This document shows, piece after piece, positions 1 through 10,913 of a stretch of DNA of 64,000 nucleotides; position 1 is the first letter of the stretch; every line of letters begins with the position of its first letter. This stretch comes from an uncultured Nitrospina sp. GTDB lineage: Bacteria > Nitrospinota > Nitrospinia > Nitrospinales > VA-1. The notes under the pieces are model-generated. The model made no database searches. It worked only from the letters and a program-made list of their open reading frames with translations, and was not told where the DNA came from. The stretch is taken from positions 6,860 through 70,859 of the forward strand of contig CAJWQP010000003.1 in the NCBI GenBank assembly GCA_913045445.1, given 5' to 3'. The position numbers and the translations under genes were made by a program.

Positions 1-17
1 CCACACGAGGTCGCCTG

Positions 18-494
18 GTGACATCGCCCATCCCTTCAAGATCCAATCGTAAAAGTCTTCTTACGCTGATCCTGTTGACGGCTTTCCTCGCCGCCTGTAC
101 CGACCTTCCCTTTTATGAACAACAGGACGACCTGGATGATGCTATAAAATATTACAATGATAATTTTGAAGCCAAGCTGACCGACCGCTGTGCCATGTTG
201 GTGCATCCGGATAAAAGAGAAGAATTCCTGACTCGCAGTCATAATATTACAAGCCGGATCACATTTTACGAAACCAAAATTGTTAACGTGACACTGCTTA
301 ACAAGGGAAAACCAATCCCCATCAATCCAGGTTTTGGTGAAGGAAATTTTGATGAGGCGCATATATCGATTCGGTACCAAGTGGTAATATCGCCCAGTAA
401 CAGCCTGAAGACATTAGTGGTCATTCAAAACTGGGTTTTGACAAACGGTCAGTGGCGTGTCTATCCCAATCTCGATGCATTCACGCTCATGTAA
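18..494 (+). CDS. Putative lipoprotein, function unknown
   Basis: GTG-start ORF. The N-terminus has a hydrophobic stretch ending in the lipobox-like LAAC. I recognise no family motif. Confidence 0.5.
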   Translation: MTSPIPSRSNRKSLLTLILLTAFLAACTDLPFYEQQDDLDDAIKYYNDNFEAKLTDRCAMLVHPDKREEFLTRSHNITSRITFYETKIVNVTLLNKGKPIPINPGFGEGNFDEAHISIRYQVVISPSNSLKTLVVIQNWVLTNGQWRVYPNLDAFTLM

Positions 495-506
495 CACCCT
501 TACGCT

Positions 507-1196
507 TTATATAATAACAGGAATCTGAGTTTTAATAGATACCGTGTTCGCTGTGACCTTGCAGTTATATGCATAGAGCTCCACCCCAGCCTGGCCTGAT
601 TTTCTTAGCCACTCGCCAAACAAGGGATCGATTTCATCATTGGATGTTATGGAACGCGCGTCTGGCCTTTGTGACACAAAAAGGACTGCCGCGCGGTAAC
701 CTTCCTTCTTCAAGTCTATTAGTTCCTTGAGGTGCTTGACTCCGCGTTCTGTAGGAGCATCGGGAAACCTTCCTTCACCCTTCTCCACCAGGCTGACAGA
801 TTTCACTTCTACAAATGCCCTGGCAGCGGGGAAGTCCAATTGAAAATCGAATCTGCTTTTTCCCTTCGTCACCTCTCTCTTAAAATCACGATAACCTCGC
901 AGACTATCGAGTTTGCGATCAGCAAGTTCTTTTTCTACCAGTTTATTCGCAAAAACGGGATACACAGAAACCCAAATGGCACCGTGACGAACCAGAACCA
1001 GACTATAATCTGTTTTTCTTTTCGGGCCTGGATTATAAACAAGCCTCACGCGACGTCCGGGAATCATTAGTCCGGGAAGCCGACCCGGATCTGGAACATG
1101 GGCGGACATTTGCTGTCCATCTATTTCCACACGCGCGATGTATCTGTTGGGCCTCTCTATAAAGGTGCCGTCAACAATTCGTTCGCCGAGTCTCAT
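507..1196 (-). CDS. sfsA: Sugar fermentation stimulation protein SfsA family
   Basis: The N-terminus (GTFIERPNRYIARVEIDG..SAHVPDPGRL) and a length of 229 aa are typical of SfsA. It lies 46 bp downstream of nuoM. Confidence 0.85.
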   Translation of the reverse strand: MRLGERIVDGTFIERPNRYIARVEIDGQQMSAHVPDPGRLPGLMIPGRRVRLVYNPGPKRKTDYSLVLVRHGAIWVSVYPVFANKLVEKELADRKLDSLRGYRDFKREVTKGKSRFDFQLDFPAARAFVEVKSVSLVEKGEGRFPDAPTERGVKHLKELIDLKKEGYRAAVLFVSQRPDARSITSNDEIDPLFGEWLRKSGQAGVELYAYNCKVTANTVSIKTQIPVII

Positions 1197-1242
1197 GTAA
1201 AAAGAAAGTTAGGGTCTTGCTGGAATAAGGAAAGAAAGCTGA

Positions 1243-2763
1243 TCAGTGGTGTCCGCCCTTGTCCTCTCCGGTATGGAGGTTGAGAGTTTTTTCGATGGTA
1301 AGAACAGACTCAACAGATGGGCTAATACGATCAATAATCGGCTTGGGATAAAGACCAATAATAATCACCAGAATACAAGCGGGAAGCAGAAGGCTGAATT
1401 CTCCGCGATTGATATCGGTGAGAGTTTCTGGAATCTGATCATTTTTTTCCTGCATCGCGCCCTGAAACATGTAGAGCATATATATGGAAGCAAAAACGAT
1501 GGCGAGTCCACCCATCAAAACATAAATTGTGGAAAGATCGGCCAACAACTGCGAAGTCCAAACCCCCATGAGAATCAGAAACTCACCGACAAATCCGTTC
1601 AGCCCCGGAAGCCCCAGTGCGGCGAGTGTGATGAGCATGAACATACCGTACAAAACCGGCATGACCTTACCCAGTCCACGAAAATCATTCAGGTTGCGGG
1701 TGCCCATCTTCTTCTCAAGGATGCCTACGATTATGAATAGTGCCGATGCGATGATGCCGTGGTTGACCATCTGCAACACGCTTCCTTCAATTCCTTCCCC
1801 ATTGAGAGCAAATACACCGAGAGCGATGAAACCGAGATGGCTGATACTGGAATACGCGACAAGCGCTTTAAGGTCACGTTGCGCGATAGCAATCCATGCC
1901 CCGTAGACGATACCTGCGGCCGCTCCAAACGCAATGACCAATCCAAATTGCTCCACCGCATCGGGAAATAACGGGATACAAAAACGGATGATGCCATAAG
2001 CTCCAGCCTTCGACATAGCCCCTGTCAAAATCAGGAGTACCGGAATTGGACTGGAAACATAGGCGTGCGGCAACCAGCTGTGAAGCGGAAATATAGGAAC
2101 TTTAATAGCAAACGCTGTAAAAAAGAACAGGAATAACCAGAGCTGGGTACCTGGGTCGATATTCATATGGACGAGGGTCTGAATATCGAAGGTGAGTTCG
2201 TGGGTCGCCTCAAAATGTATAAGACTCAACCAGATTATACCGACCAGCATCAACAAGCTTCCCACCAGCGTATATAAAACAAATTTGGTCGTGGCATAGA
2301 TGCGACGGCCTTCTCCCCATATTCCGATTAAAAAATATGTCGGCACGAGCATCAACTCCCAGAACACATAAAACAGGATTAAATCCAACGCGACAAAAAC
2401 TCCCAGTGTTCCAGCTTCCAGAGCCAATAACAGTGCCATGAAGTTGCGAAAACCTTCTTTGCGATCTAAAGAAAAACAAACGGCGATGAAAGAAATAAAT
2501 GCCGTTAAAACGAGCAACCACAAACTTATGCCATCGACACCCATCTGGTAGTTGATATTGAAGATGGGCACCCAGGCAAAAGTCTCGGTAAATTGCATAC
2601 CCGGCTCCATTGAATCAAACCTGACAAGCAAGGCCAGCGATATGAGAAGACTCAGCCCCGCCGCACCAACGGAAACACTCTTGATGGTCCCGGTATCTTC
2701 CTTATTCACGAACAGGAGGATCAGCACCGCTACCAGAGGTATGAAAACAATAAGTGTCAGCAT
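1243..2763 (-). CDS. nuoM: NADH-quinone oxidoreductase subunit M
   Basis: 506-aa polytopic antiporter-like protein. Its position after nuoL fits, and it is the last nuo gene on this strand. Confidence 0.9.
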   Translation of the reverse strand: MLTLIVFIPLVAVLILLFVNKEDTGTIKSVSVGAAGLSLLISLALLVRFDSMEPGMQFTETFAWVPIFNINYQMGVDGISLWLLVLTAFISFIAVCFSLDRKEGFRNFMALLLALEAGTLGVFVALDLILFYVFWELMLVPTYFLIGIWGEGRRIYATTKFVLYTLVGSLLMLVGIIWLSLIHFEATHELTFDIQTLVHMNIDPGTQLWLFLFFFTAFAIKVPIFPLHSWLPHAYVSSPIPVLLILTGAMSKAGAYGIIRFCIPLFPDAVEQFGLVIAFGAAAGIVYGAWIAIAQRDLKALVAYSSISHLGFIALGVFALNGEGIEGSVLQMVNHGIIASALFIIVGILEKKMGTRNLNDFRGLGKVMPVLYGMFMLITLAALGLPGLNGFVGEFLILMGVWTSQLLADLSTIYVLMGGLAIVFASIYMLYMFQGAMQEKNDQIPETLTDINRGEFSLLLPACILVIIIGLYPKPIIDRISPSVESVLTIEKTLNLHTGEDKGGHH

Positions 2764-2783
2764 ATTATTTGATCTTTACCAGA

Positions 2784-4643
2784 TTATTGAAACACCACAA
2801 ACATCAGGACAACAACCACTCCCACAATCATATTAAAAGCGTAACTTCTTACGTTACCCGATTGCCATAGGCTGATAAGTCGACTCACTTCACGAATCTG
2901 AATTCCCACCTGATCAACAGTAAAGTCGATACCCAGCCTCTCGCCTCTCTCTTTAAGAAAAGCTCCCGTTGCACGAACAGGTTGTACAATCAGAATATCG
3001 TAGATTTCATCTATGTAATATTTATTAAACAAAAGGTCATAAACCGGCGCCAGCATCTGCTTGGCAAAGTCCAACCGATCTTTACCTGTCATATAAAGTC
3101 CAACGGCTCCAGCAATACCTAATAGTCCAGCCGACACCCCAATGGTTTCCAGTAGAGGATCGTGAGGGTGCGGCATGTGCGTTCCCAAATAGGTCACGAG
3201 AAATTCATCCACCATGCCTCCGCCAAATCCAGCGGTCAGTGAAAAGAATGCAAGGAGCAGAAGAGGAGCAATCATGATAAATGGGCTTTCATGCGCATGC
3301 ACATCGGTTCGCGCTTGACCGATGAAGGTGTAAAAATAAACCCGGAAAATATAAAACCCGGTCATAGCAGCCCCCAGCACTGCGATAGCCCAGAAAAAGA
3401 TATTACCCATTTCGGCGTGATACGAATTGATAATAATCGCCTCTTTACTAAAGAATCCAGCCGTCAACGGAAACCCGGCCAGAGCAAGTGAGCCTATCAG
3501 AAACGTCACATGGGTGATCGGCATAGCGTGGCGCAACCCGCCCATCTTCCGAATATCCTGCTCGTCATTCAATCCGTGAATAACACTTCCAGCGCTCAAG
3601 AAAAGAAGCGCCTTGAAAAACGCGTGGGTCATGAGGTGGAACATGGCGATGCTGTACATTCCCAAACCCGCCGCCAGAAACATATACCCCAACTGGCTCA
3701 TGGTCGAATAGGCGATGACTCGTTTGATATCGTATTGCACCAACGCCATTGACCCAGCAAAGATCGCCGTGATCAATCCCACCCCGGCAACGAGATACAT
3801 GGTGTAGGGGGCAAGGTCGAACAACACATGACAACGCGCCACGAGGTAGACTCCGGCGGTCACCATAGTAGCCGCATGAATCAACGCACTGACAGGAGTC
3901 GGACCTTCCATCGCATCTGGAAGCCAGGTGTGAAGCGGAACCTGTGCCGACTTGGCGAATGCCCCCACCAGAAGAAACAGGGTAATCAACAAAATCGTGT
4001 CATCGTTCGGACGAAAAGCTGATCCGGCGGCGGCGAACACATCAAGATAACTCAAGGTACCCAGATGCTCAAAAATAATAAACGCGGCAATGACCATCCC
4101 AACATCGCCAATCACGTTCATGACGAACGCCTTGCGGGCAGCAAGAACTGCACTTGTTTTTTCTCTCCAGAATCCGATCAACAGATAGGATGCCAGCCCA
4201 ACCAATGCCCAGCCCACAATAAGGAAGAAAAAATCGGCCGCCAGCACCAGAACCGACATCGCAAATATGAACAGATTCAGGTAAGCGAAAAACCGGCTGA
4301 ATTCCGGGTCTTCCTTCATATACCCGACGGAATAAACATGAATGACGAATCCGACCCCCGTCACGATCAGAAGCATGAAGATCGATAACGGATCAATGAG
4401 AATAGATAAATCGAGAGAGAACGAACCGGCGGTCACCCAGTTATATAGTGTGGACACACCGCCCTTATTTTCCGAATCAAGCACCAGCTCGCTCAATGCC
4501 GCAAGAGTTACGGCAAAAGAAACTCCCACAGTGCCGCAACCGAGCAGACCCGCTCGTTCACGGGAGATTTGGTTCCCGTACCAACTGAGGACAATGAACC
4601 CTGTAACGGGAGCAATTAATATGAGCCAGCAATAAGTGAACAA
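2784..4643 (-). CDS. nuoL: NADH-quinone oxidoreductase subunit L
   Basis: 619-aa antiporter-like subunit with a long C-terminal extension, located between nuoK and nuoM. Confidence 0.9.
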   Translation of the reverse strand: MFTYCWLILIAPVTGFIVLSWYGNQISRERAGLLGCGTVGVSFAVTLAALSELVLDSENKGGVSTLYNWVTAGSFSLDLSILIDPLSIFMLLIVTGVGFVIHVYSVGYMKEDPEFSRFFAYLNLFIFAMSVLVLAADFFFLIVGWALVGLASYLLIGFWREKTSAVLAARKAFVMNVIGDVGMVIAAFIIFEHLGTLSYLDVFAAAGSAFRPNDDTILLITLFLLVGAFAKSAQVPLHTWLPDAMEGPTPVSALIHAATMVTAGVYLVARCHVLFDLAPYTMYLVAGVGLITAIFAGSMALVQYDIKRVIAYSTMSQLGYMFLAAGLGMYSIAMFHLMTHAFFKALLFLSAGSVIHGLNDEQDIRKMGGLRHAMPITHVTFLIGSLALAGFPLTAGFFSKEAIIINSYHAEMGNIFFWAIAVLGAAMTGFYIFRVYFYTFIGQARTDVHAHESPFIMIAPLLLLAFFSLTAGFGGGMVDEFLVTYLGTHMPHPHDPLLETIGVSAGLLGIAGAVGLYMTGKDRLDFAKQMLAPVYDLLFNKYYIDEIYDILIVQPVRATGAFLKERGERLGIDFTVDQVGIQIREVSRLISLWQSGNVRSYAFNMIVGVVVVLMFVVFQ

Positions 4644-4648
4644 GTGCC

Positions 4649-4948
4649 TTATCCTTTCAAAACGTTGATGTGGTCAACATCTATATCATGGCGTGTTCTG
4701 AAAATTGTGAGAATAATCGCAAGCCCCACCACCACTTCTGCCGCGGCAACGGTCATAATCATCAGCGCAAAAATCTGTCCGTCCATAGATTTCAGAAAAC
4801 TGGAATATCCCACCAGCAGAAAATTTACCGAATTGAGCATGAGTTCGACAGACATAAACATGATCAACGGATTCTTACGGATGATGAATCCCGCCGCTCC
4901 AATGCAAAATATAGTCGCGCTTATAAGTAAAACAAATTGGTGTCCCAT
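4649..4948 (-). CDS. nuoK: NADH-quinone oxidoreductase subunit K
   Basis: I moved the start to the internal ATG at 4948 (MGHQFVLLIS...). This gives about 100 aa, has AGGAGG upstream, and sits just after the nuoJ stop at 4951. The tracked 116-aa ORF looks like an N-terminal overextension. Confidence 0.85.
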   Translation of the reverse strand: MGHQFVLLISATIFCIGAAGFIIRKNPLIMFMSVELMLNSVNFLLVGYSSFLKSMDGQIFALMIMTVAAAEVVVGLAIILTIFRTRHDIDVDHINVLKG

Positions 4949-4950
4949 GA

Positions 4951-5505
4951 CTATCTCGTTCGCCTCCTGACAGGAGCATATGAAAATTTCGCCAGGCAAA
5001 TGATTCCGACCGCGGCAACCAGAAGTAATCCGGAAGCCAGCTCAAACGGAACCAGATGACGCGAGAACAATTCGAGCCCGATGGCCTTGGCACTGCCCCC
5101 CACCTGAGCAACCGTTTGCGGATCAAATCCACCTTCGATCGGTTTGGTAGGTCCTACCGTTGCGGCCAGGAATAATTCACCGAGCATTGTAATAACAAAA
5201 GTAAAAGCCATTGATCGCTGGGCAGAGGATTCCTGAACTTCTTTTTTCCCACCAAGAAGTGCAATAATAAACAGGAACAGAATCATCACCGCTCCGGCAT
5301 ACACGATGATCTGAACCGCGGCAATAAATTCTGCATTGTAGAGGAGAAACAAAAGGGCGAGGCAAATCATATTGCTGATCAAATACAGGGCGCAATAAAC
5401 TGGAGCCGAACACAGGATAACTCCCAGGCTCGCAAGCACCGCCGTAAACCCAACTGCCATGGTGACAGTATCTCTAGTGAGTTCGAACAAGTCGAATTCG
5501 AACAA
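4951..5505 (-). CDS. nuoJ: NADH-quinone oxidoreductase subunit J
   Basis: Membrane protein with a NuoJ-like core (AEFIAAVQIIVYAGAVMILFLFII). TTG start with a G-rich SD upstream. The alternative ATG at 5460 is possible. Confidence 0.85.
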   Translation of the reverse strand: MFEFDLFELTRDTVTMAVGFTAVLASLGVILCSAPVYCALYLISNMICLALLFLLYNAEFIAAVQIIVYAGAVMILFLFIIALLGGKKEVQESSAQRSMAFTFVITMLGELFLAATVGPTKPIEGGFDPQTVAQVGGSAKAIGLELFSRHLVPFELASGLLLVAAVGIICLAKFSYAPVRRRTR

Positions 5506-5614
5506 AGGACCCCCCTCTCAGTTTTTCAAACATTCATCTATTGACAGTGCCCTGTGCAGGACTTACTGCGAAAAAACCTCTCCCCGAAGAGACGCGCCAC
5601 AAAATCAACCCCTG

Positions 5615-6112
5615 TCAAACCCGTGTTGTATTGCCCAGTATGTTTACCTTGAACTGGTTCGGTTCAGGGTAAACCAGCAAGTCGCTCTTGGTGGCGATGT
5701 AATTATCACGATCATAATCGGCCAACTCATAATGCTCACGCAAGACCACCGCGTCCACCGGACAAGCTTCTTCGCAATACCCACAGTAAATACATCTGAG
5801 CAAATTGATCTCGTAAGTTTCCGCGTATCGCTCACCTTCTGAAACCGGATGATCCGGGTTATTCTCCGCCGCGACAACATGGATGCACCCCACGGGACAA
5901 TTCACAGAGCACAGACTACAACCAACACAACGCTCAAGACCGTTTTCATCGCGGTTCAGAAAATGCCTTCCCCGATACCGTTCCGGCATGATCCGCTTGT
6001 CTTCCGGATAACTAAACGTAACCGGCTTGGAAACCAGATTCCTGAAGGTCACCCCAAGCCCGATCAATAAATTTTTTATACCGTCAAAAGTTTTTGCAAT
6101 CATAAGTGCCAC
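5615..6112 (-). CDS. nuoI: NADH-quinone oxidoreductase subunit I (2x[4Fe-4S])
   Basis: Two ferredoxin-type motifs (CVGCSLCSVNCP and CIYCGYCEEACP). Confidence 0.9.
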   Translation of the reverse strand: MALMIAKTFDGIKNLLIGLGVTFRNLVSKPVTFSYPEDKRIMPERYRGRHFLNRDENGLERCVGCSLCSVNCPVGCIHVVAAENNPDHPVSEGERYAETYEINLLRCIYCGYCEEACPVDAVVLREHYELADYDRDNYIATKSDLLVYPEPNQFKVNILGNTTRV

Positions 6113-6118
6113 CCTTTA

Positions 6119-7132
6119 TCACAAGACAACAAACACGCTCGTGACCAGAAGGTTCAATAATGATAGTGGAACAAGAACTTTCCATCCGAAAGTCATCAAC
6201 CTGTCATAGCGAATACGCGGATAGGTTGAACGCAACCAGATGAAAACACAAAGAAGGAAACCCACCTTGCCGGCAAAAGCAATGATCGGCCAGACCGGAA
6301 TACCATAGGAATTCCATCCTCCCAGAAAAAGCAGAGTGACCAGCGCACTCATGGTCACCATGTTGATATATTCACCCATGAAAAACATCGCGAACTTCAT
6401 CCCCGTATATTCTGTGTGAAAACCCGCGACCAGTTCCTGCTCAGCTTCCGGCAAATCAAACGGCGCCCGGTTAGTCTCGGCAACACCCGCAATAAAAAAC
6501 AGCAAAAAAGCCAAAGGCTGAATCAGGATATTCGGATACGAATCCTGACTGTTCACCATATCAATCAGGCTCAATGATCCTGTCAGTACAATAACACTCA
6601 AAGCGGCAAGGCCAAGCGTCAGTTCGTAACTGATCATTTGCGCCGAAGAGCGAAGCCCGCCCATCAGCGAATATTTATTATTGGAAGAAAACCCCGCCAG
6701 AACCATCCCGTAAATCCCCATCCCCGAAATCGCAAAAACAAACAGCAATCCGATATCAACATTGGCGGCCCACAGTCCAATCTCCTGATCCATAACAGTA
6801 ATGGGATCGCCAAAAGGAATCACGGCAAAGGTGACAATCGCCGTGAACACAACAATAGCGGGCGCCAGATGAAAAAGAAATTTATCAGCCGAACCCTGGA
6901 TGATGGATTCTTTGAACAAAAGTTTGATCGAGTCAGAGATAGGCTGGCCCAAACCAAACGGCCCCACACGGTTGGGACCCAGGCGAACTTGAAACCGTCC
7001 CATCAACCGCCGCTCCAGCCACACCAGCAGGGGCACAATGCCCAGCAAGGCACCAGCGATCACAAGGGCTTTAACACTCCCTATGATCAGATAAGTGTAG
7101 GGTTCAAGAAATTCTATTGCATCGTCAATCAT
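6119..7132 (-). CDS. nuoH: NADH-quinone oxidoreductase subunit H
   Basis: 337-aa polytopic protein with NuoH/ND1-like motifs (LERRLMGRFQVRLGPNRVGP, NRAPFDLPEAEQELVAG). Confidence 0.9.
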   Translation of the reverse strand: MIDDAIEFLEPYTYLIIGSVKALVIAGALLGIVPLLVWLERRLMGRFQVRLGPNRVGPFGLGQPISDSIKLLFKESIIQGSADKFLFHLAPAIVVFTAIVTFAVIPFGDPITVMDQEIGLWAANVDIGLLFVFAISGMGIYGMVLAGFSSNNKYSLMGGLRSSAQMISYELTLGLAALSVIVLTGSLSLIDMVNSQDSYPNILIQPLAFLLFFIAGVAETNRAPFDLPEAEQELVAGFHTEYTGMKFAMFFMGEYINMVTMSALVTLLFLGGWNSYGIPVWPIIAFAGKVGFLLCVFIWLRSTYPRIRYDRLMTFGWKVLVPLSLLNLLVTSVFVVL

Positions 7133-7224
7133 AATGATTTCTTAGTCACTCGTTAACAACTCGTGGAAGGCCTTCGGCCCATTAAATCCCCCTCCCCCTT
7201 AAGGAGGAGATAAAACTTTCCTGT

Positions 7225-9639
7225 TTACCCTTTTTTAACTTCAACCCAGCTAACAGATCCACCTCCCGCTAGGCCCTGCACTCCCTGGTCGTCGGCCACC
7301 ATGGGAACAATAACTGCGCCGGGGTTGCATCGATTTGATATCTCAACCTTCGCCCGCACCTCAGCCCCGTTAGCCGAAAGCACTGCTTCATCGCCTTCGG
7401 AAAAACCCAGCTTTGCCGCATCGTCTGCATGCACGTTCACCGTGGACGGTAAAAAGTGATGTGCCAGTGGCGAAGATGTACTCAAAATTTTATCTCTCGT
7501 AAAAAGCCGGGTCGCCACACGCAACTTCAAACCCTGGTCGGCGGAATTCACTTTCTCTACCTGCGGCACCGATCCATTCACTGAAGTTACCGGTTCACGC
7601 GTCTTACCTTCTTTCCTGATTGATTTTTTATTGATCTCGCCATAACCGGGAACTTTTTCCGATATCTCTTCCGTCACATTAAAGGAAGTAATATATTCAA
7701 CAGGCTCTTCGCTCAAGCTGTTGATCATTTTGGAAACTATTTTCCAGTCTGGCAGATTTTTAGTATTCAGCCCACGCCTTCGATATTGAACTCGCCCGCC
7801 GATATTGGTCGTTGTTCCTTCATCATATCCGGGACCGTTTGAAGGTAGAATGATGTGTGCCAACTGAGATGTTTCTGTTTCCATCATATCGTGAACCACC
7901 AGCAAGTTCAGATTCTTAAGCGCCGCTTCAACCCGCTTTCCTCCGGGGAAATCCACTACTGGGTTGCTTCTATACATAAGGAGCGCTTTCAGTTCTCCCG
8001 ACTCGGCTTTATCTATCATCTCCATAGCCGACAGCCCCTTATCCGCAGGCGTCCCTCCCGGGGAAAAGTCGGGTAAGATTCCCATATCCATTGCTCCTAC
8101 CGCATTGGTGGAAGGAGCCGCAGGAATCGCCCCACATTCGATATCTGGAATTTTCCCGATGACCGACAATAAATGCTTGAGCATATGAATTGAGTTGCCG
8201 GTCAACGAAGCCGGATTATAAACAACGCACACCTTCTTCCCGGAACGAATCAACTCCACCAGCGACTTCATCTGCTCAGCCGAAATACCTGTCACCGACT
8301 CATCACCAGCGCCACCTTCCGCGAGGCCGTTAGCCAGCGCGCTCAACGCCGCCCCATCGGCTCCCACATTGTAGGTTGATGATAATTCGGCAAACTTATC
8401 CAGCGCCGTTTTCTGATCATTCAGAATCGCAAGCTTGACTCCCCGGCGCGTGACCGCCTTTTTAATTCGCAAGTCAAGAATCGGCAGTTCTTCCGCCGGA
8501 TCACTTCCAATCAGCAAAACGAGGTTCGCCGTTTCAACATTCAAAAAATCATAATGATCGATTGGCAAACCCGGTGTGTCCTGATAGGTTTTATGATCGA
8601 GATTATTGGTTCCCAACACCGACCGAAACAATTTCTGGTACAGGTATAACTCTTCGTTAGTACCGTAAGCAGACCCCAGAAAACCCACACTTTCAGGACC
8701 ATACTCGTCTACAATTTTACTTAAAGAGTCGGCAACCTGCACCGCCGCGTCCAGTGCATTGACCTTCTTGCGTGCTCCGCCAACCACAGTGCCAGCCTCA
8801 AGCAGGCGATCTTCACTTTCGATAAAATCATATCCGAATCGTGCCTTGTCGCAAATCCATCCATCATCCACCAGATCGTTGGGCCTTGTCTGGATACGCA
8901 TGAGCTTGTTGGTTCGCGACCCCAAAGTCATATTACAATTGCACCCGCAATGGGCACACAACGTCTCCGCGTTATCCAGATTCCAGCTGCGTGCCTTAAA
9001 GCGGAACTCTGTATTAGTGAGCGCACCGACCGGGCAGATATCGATCACATTTCCAGAATACCGGGTCGCATACGGTTCATCACAAAACGTATGCACTTCA
9101 TTTTTGAATCCGCGGTTCAACATGACCAGAGCCTGTTCCTGCTCAATGATGTCACTGTACCGCGTGCATCTCTGGCAAGCGATGCAACGCTCCCGGTCAA
9201 TGGTAATGACCGGACTCAGCGGAGTGACCTTGTCGTTGTCAGCACGGTCAAACTCCATGCGTGTTGTTCCCGAACCAAACTTGAAGGTATTATCCTGAAG
9301 CGGGCACTCCCCTCCCTTGTCACAAACCGGGCAGTCCAGCGGATGGTTGAGCAAAGTGAATTCAAGAACACCCTGCTGGGCTTTTACGACTTTCGGACTC
9401 TCCGTCCTCACCACCATATCCGGCATCACCGTCTGCGTGCAGGCCGTGGTCAGTTTCGGCATCTTCTCCACTTCGACCAGACACATCCGGCAACAGCCAA
9501 ACGGTCCCAGCTTCTCGTGATAACAAAACACCGGAATCTCCACCCCAACTTCCTTCGCCGCATCCACCAGTAATGTTCCCTTGGGAACGGTGACCGGCTG
9601 GTCGTTGATGGTTATATTTACCTGATTATCGTCTGACAT
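7225..9639 (-). CDS. nuoG: NADH-quinone oxidoreductase subunit G
   Basis: N-terminal 2Fe-2S and 4Fe-4S cysteine clusters (CYHEKLGPFGCCRMC, HPLDCPVCDKGGEC) followed by a molybdopterin-oxidoreductase-like body. Confidence 0.9.
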   Translation of the reverse strand: MSDDNQVNITINDQPVTVPKGTLLVDAAKEVGVEIPVFCYHEKLGPFGCCRMCLVEVEKMPKLTTACTQTVMPDMVVRTESPKVVKAQQGVLEFTLLNHPLDCPVCDKGGECPLQDNTFKFGSGTTRMEFDRADNDKVTPLSPVITIDRERCIACQRCTRYSDIIEQEQALVMLNRGFKNEVHTFCDEPYATRYSGNVIDICPVGALTNTEFRFKARSWNLDNAETLCAHCGCNCNMTLGSRTNKLMRIQTRPNDLVDDGWICDKARFGYDFIESEDRLLEAGTVVGGARKKVNALDAAVQVADSLSKIVDEYGPESVGFLGSAYGTNEELYLYQKLFRSVLGTNNLDHKTYQDTPGLPIDHYDFLNVETANLVLLIGSDPAEELPILDLRIKKAVTRRGVKLAILNDQKTALDKFAELSSTYNVGADGAALSALANGLAEGGAGDESVTGISAEQMKSLVELIRSGKKVCVVYNPASLTGNSIHMLKHLLSVIGKIPDIECGAIPAAPSTNAVGAMDMGILPDFSPGGTPADKGLSAMEMIDKAESGELKALLMYRSNPVVDFPGGKRVEAALKNLNLLVVHDMMETETSQLAHIILPSNGPGYDEGTTTNIGGRVQYRRRGLNTKNLPDWKIVSKMINSLSEEPVEYITSFNVTEEISEKVPGYGEINKKSIRKEGKTREPVTSVNGSVPQVEKVNSADQGLKLRVATRLFTRDKILSTSSPLAHHFLPSTVNVHADDAAKLGFSEGDEAVLSANGAEVRAKVEISNRCNPGAVIVPMVADDQGVQGLAGGGSVSWVEVKKG

Positions 9640-9647
9640 AATTTATC

Positions 9648-10907
9648 TCACACACTGACCGCGCCACCCTGGAGCTTCTTCACCAACTCCTCGTAGTCTG
9701 ATCGGAAATTTTTAATACTACTCGCAACAGGTCCCACTGCCGCGTCACCCAGCGGACAAAAACATTTGAAACTCATGTTGTCGCAAATGTCGAGTAACTT
9801 GTCCACGTGACCGTTGGTGCCTATCCCCGCTTGCAACTTGCCAAGAATCTGCCACATCCACCGGGTTCCTTCTCTACACGGCGTACACTTGCCACAACTT
9901 TCATGCATGTAAAAATAAGAAAGCCGCAAAGTGGCTTCGACCACGTTCACCGTATGGTCCATAACGATGAGAGCGCCGGAACCCAGCATCGACCCGGCGG
10001 CCTGTATCGATTCATAATCGTATCCGACATCCACCTTATCCGCTGGAAGCATCGGAGTTGACGACCCACCAGGTATAAATGCCTTGAGCTTGTTATCGTC
10101 ACGAATTCCTCCCGCCAGATCATAAATGAGTTCGCGTGTAGACATTCCCAGAACAATCTCGTAGTTGCCGGGCTTTTTAACATGACCCGACACACTGACC
10201 AATTTGGTACCCTTACTTTTCTCGGTACCAATCGCCGCGTATTTTTCCGCGCCTTCACTTATGATCCACGGAACTGCGGAAAGTGTCTCCACATTATTAA
10301 CAACCGTCGGCTTAGCGTATAAGCCTTCCACAGCCGGGAATGGCGGTTTTAAACGAGGCTCGCCGCGCCGCCCTTCCAGGGAGTTCAGCAACGCCGACTC
10401 TTCACCGCAGATGTAAGCGCCCGCTCCCAGATGCGTGTATAAGTCGAGATCCATTCCGCTTCCCATAATATTCTTACCCAGATAACCTTTGGCGTAAGCT
10501 TCTTCAATCGCCTTGTCCATGAGGTCGGCCGCGTGTTGGAACTCGCCGCGATAATAAATATAAGCGGTGCCAACCTGGCAGGCGTAAGAAGTCAGAATCA
10601 TTCCTTCGATGAGGAGGTGCGGATTCTTCTCCAACAGCTCCCGGTCTTTGCATGTTCCCGGTTCGCTCTCATCGGCATTGCATACCAGATAGCGGGGGAA
10701 GACATCCTTCGCCAGAAAGCTCCATTTCAAACCGGCTGGAAACCCGGCACCGCCGCGCCCGCGCAGTCCGGAAGCTTTAACAATTTCCACAATCTCTTCC
10801 GGCTTCTGGGCAAACGCTTTTTTAAAAGACTGGTAGCCCCCCTGCCCCTCGTACACGCTGAGAGAGGTCAACCCCGGCATATCTATATTTTTAAAAAGAA
10901 TTTTCAT
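9648..10907 (-). CDS. nuoF: NADH-quinone oxidoreductase subunit F
   Basis: GLRGRGGAGFP NADH/FMN-binding motif and a C-terminal ESCGKCTPCREG 4Fe-4S motif. Confidence 0.92.
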   Translation of the reverse strand: MKILFKNIDMPGLTSLSVYEGQGGYQSFKKAFAQKPEEIVEIVKASGLRGRGGAGFPAGLKWSFLAKDVFPRYLVCNADESEPGTCKDRELLEKNPHLLIEGMILTSYACQVGTAYIYYRGEFQHAADLMDKAIEEAYAKGYLGKNIMGSGMDLDLYTHLGAGAYICGEESALLNSLEGRRGEPRLKPPFPAVEGLYAKPTVVNNVETLSAVPWIISEGAEKYAAIGTEKSKGTKLVSVSGHVKKPGNYEIVLGMSTRELIYDLAGGIRDDNKLKAFIPGGSSTPMLPADKVDVGYDYESIQAAGSMLGSGALIVMDHTVNVVEATLRLSYFYMHESCGKCTPCREGTRWMWQILGKLQAGIGTNGHVDKLLDICDNMSFKCFCPLGDAAVGPVASSIKNFRSDYEELVKKLQGGAVSV

Positions 10908-10913
10908 TTCTAT